NCBI RefSeq assembly: GCF_963921235.1
Contig: NC_086097.1
Span: 86,120,001 to 86,184,000, forward strand
Reading direction: 5' to 3'
Source of the DNA: Mobula hypostoma
Taxonomy: Eukaryota
Length of the DNA: 64,000 nt
The notes under the pieces are model-generated. The model made no database searches. It saw only the letters and a list, made by a program, of their open reading frames with translations, and was not told the DNA's origin. Both the position numbers and the translations under genes were made by a program. This document shows, piece after piece, positions 63,140 to 64,000 of the stretch (its first letter is position 1; every line of letters begins with the position of its first letter).

Positions 63140-63460
63140 CACAGTATTATCATGTTGGTATAACACTTGGCAGTACCAGCGATTATGGTTGAATTCCCAC
63201 CTCTGTCTGTAAGGAGTTTGTATCTTAACCCCATGACAGCATTTGTTCTTCCGGGTGCCCAAGTTTCCTCCCACATTCCTGATATCCAGGTTAGAGTTAG
63301 TAAGTTGTGAGCATGCTATGTTGGCATCGGAAGCATAGTGCCACTTGCAAGCTGCCCTCAGCACATCCTTGGACTCTGTAGGCTGTTGACACAGACAATG
63401 TACTTTGCTTTATGTTTCAATGTTCCCATGTACATATGAACAATAAAGCTAATCTTAAAG
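63140..63460 (+). mobile_element. V-domain SINE
   Basis: ttccgggtgcccaagtttcctcccacattcc V-domain; tail gcatgctatgttggcatcggaagc..gctgccctcagcacatcc..aataaagctaatctt. Confidence 0.7.
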
Positions 63461-63762
63461 TAAGAGTGAGGATTTTTAGATGGACCTGTTGCTGATTTAC
63501 ATAAAAAAACACCCGATTACTGATTGAGTAAAAGTTGATGTCAAATGGGATAAAAGACCGAGGATTTGATAAGCTCAGGCTAAAGGAAGCCAGCCAGGAG
63601 AATGTTGAACAGTCAATCTAAAGATAGCAAAGGCCCGATGAAGAATTCATTGGAGAGAATCAAAAAGAGAGGTGTGATTGAGGTGGATTTATTTAGTTTT
63701 GGAGATGGAGTAGATATATTAGAGCTATTCACAGCAGTGTAGATGTGTGCTATGTTTCTATA

Positions 63763-64000
63763 TACACATAATGGCCACTTTATTAGGTACAGCTATGGAA
63801 CCTGGTGTCATCTTCTACTGCTGTAGTTCATCCACTTCAAGCTTTGATATGTTGCACATTCAGAGATACTCTTCTGCACCACTACTGTTGTAACACATGG
63901 TTGTTTAAGTTACTGTCACCTTCCTGTCAACTTGAACCAGTCTGGTCTTTATCCTCTGACCTCTCTTTTTAACAAGGCATTTTTGCCCACAGAACTGCCA
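63763..64000. mobile_element. Tc1/mariner-derived non-autonomous element, left end (runs off the window)
   Basis: TA followed by cacataatggccactttattaggtaca, resembling the Tc1-type terminus CACTCAGTGGCCACTTTATTAGGTACA. Partner TIR not visible. Confidence 0.6.

Noticed and set aside
1..64000. Host protein-coding genes among the many ORFs in the track
   Set aside because: Every ORF with recognisable motifs is TE-derived. The rest are short, antisense to TEs or low-complexity, and no spliced exon chain was recognisable. Small exons cannot be excluded without RNA data.

Overview
Eukaryotic genomic DNA with no recognisable host protein-coding exon, rRNA, tRNA or CRISPR array. The repeat content (CR1 LINEs with esterase ORF1, Rex1/Babar, RTE, Penelope fragments, V-type SINEs, Tc1 and hAT derivatives) suggests a cartilaginous fish, probably a ray; this is inference. 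Most of the window is decayed, nested transposable elements separated by AT-rich unique DNA (intron or intergenic). Main elements: (1) a minus-strand Gypsy remnant with a 214-bp LTR and tRNA-Trp PBS (about 865-3507); (2) a Sushi/chromovirus-type Gypsy with both LTRs (14941-22145), inserted in a Rex/Babar LINE and itself carrying an Academ-like DNA transposon (17685-20689), which in turn carries a Penelope fragment with a hammerhead-ribozyme motif; (3) a young Gmr1-like LTR element (25232-30168, ATAT TSD) whose pol has lost its catalytic cores by frame-preserving deletions; (4) two near/full-length CR1 copies (about 39944-43940 and 58105-62074) plus many truncated ones; (5) several non-coding retroposons with LINE-type tails. 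Nearly all ORFs in the supplied track are TE fragments or chance/antisense frames. I found no clearly new biological system; the best candidates for a second look are the Gag-protease-retaining Gmr1 derivative, the Academ-like element and the non-coding bipartite retroposons. Family names come from motif recognition, not database searches.
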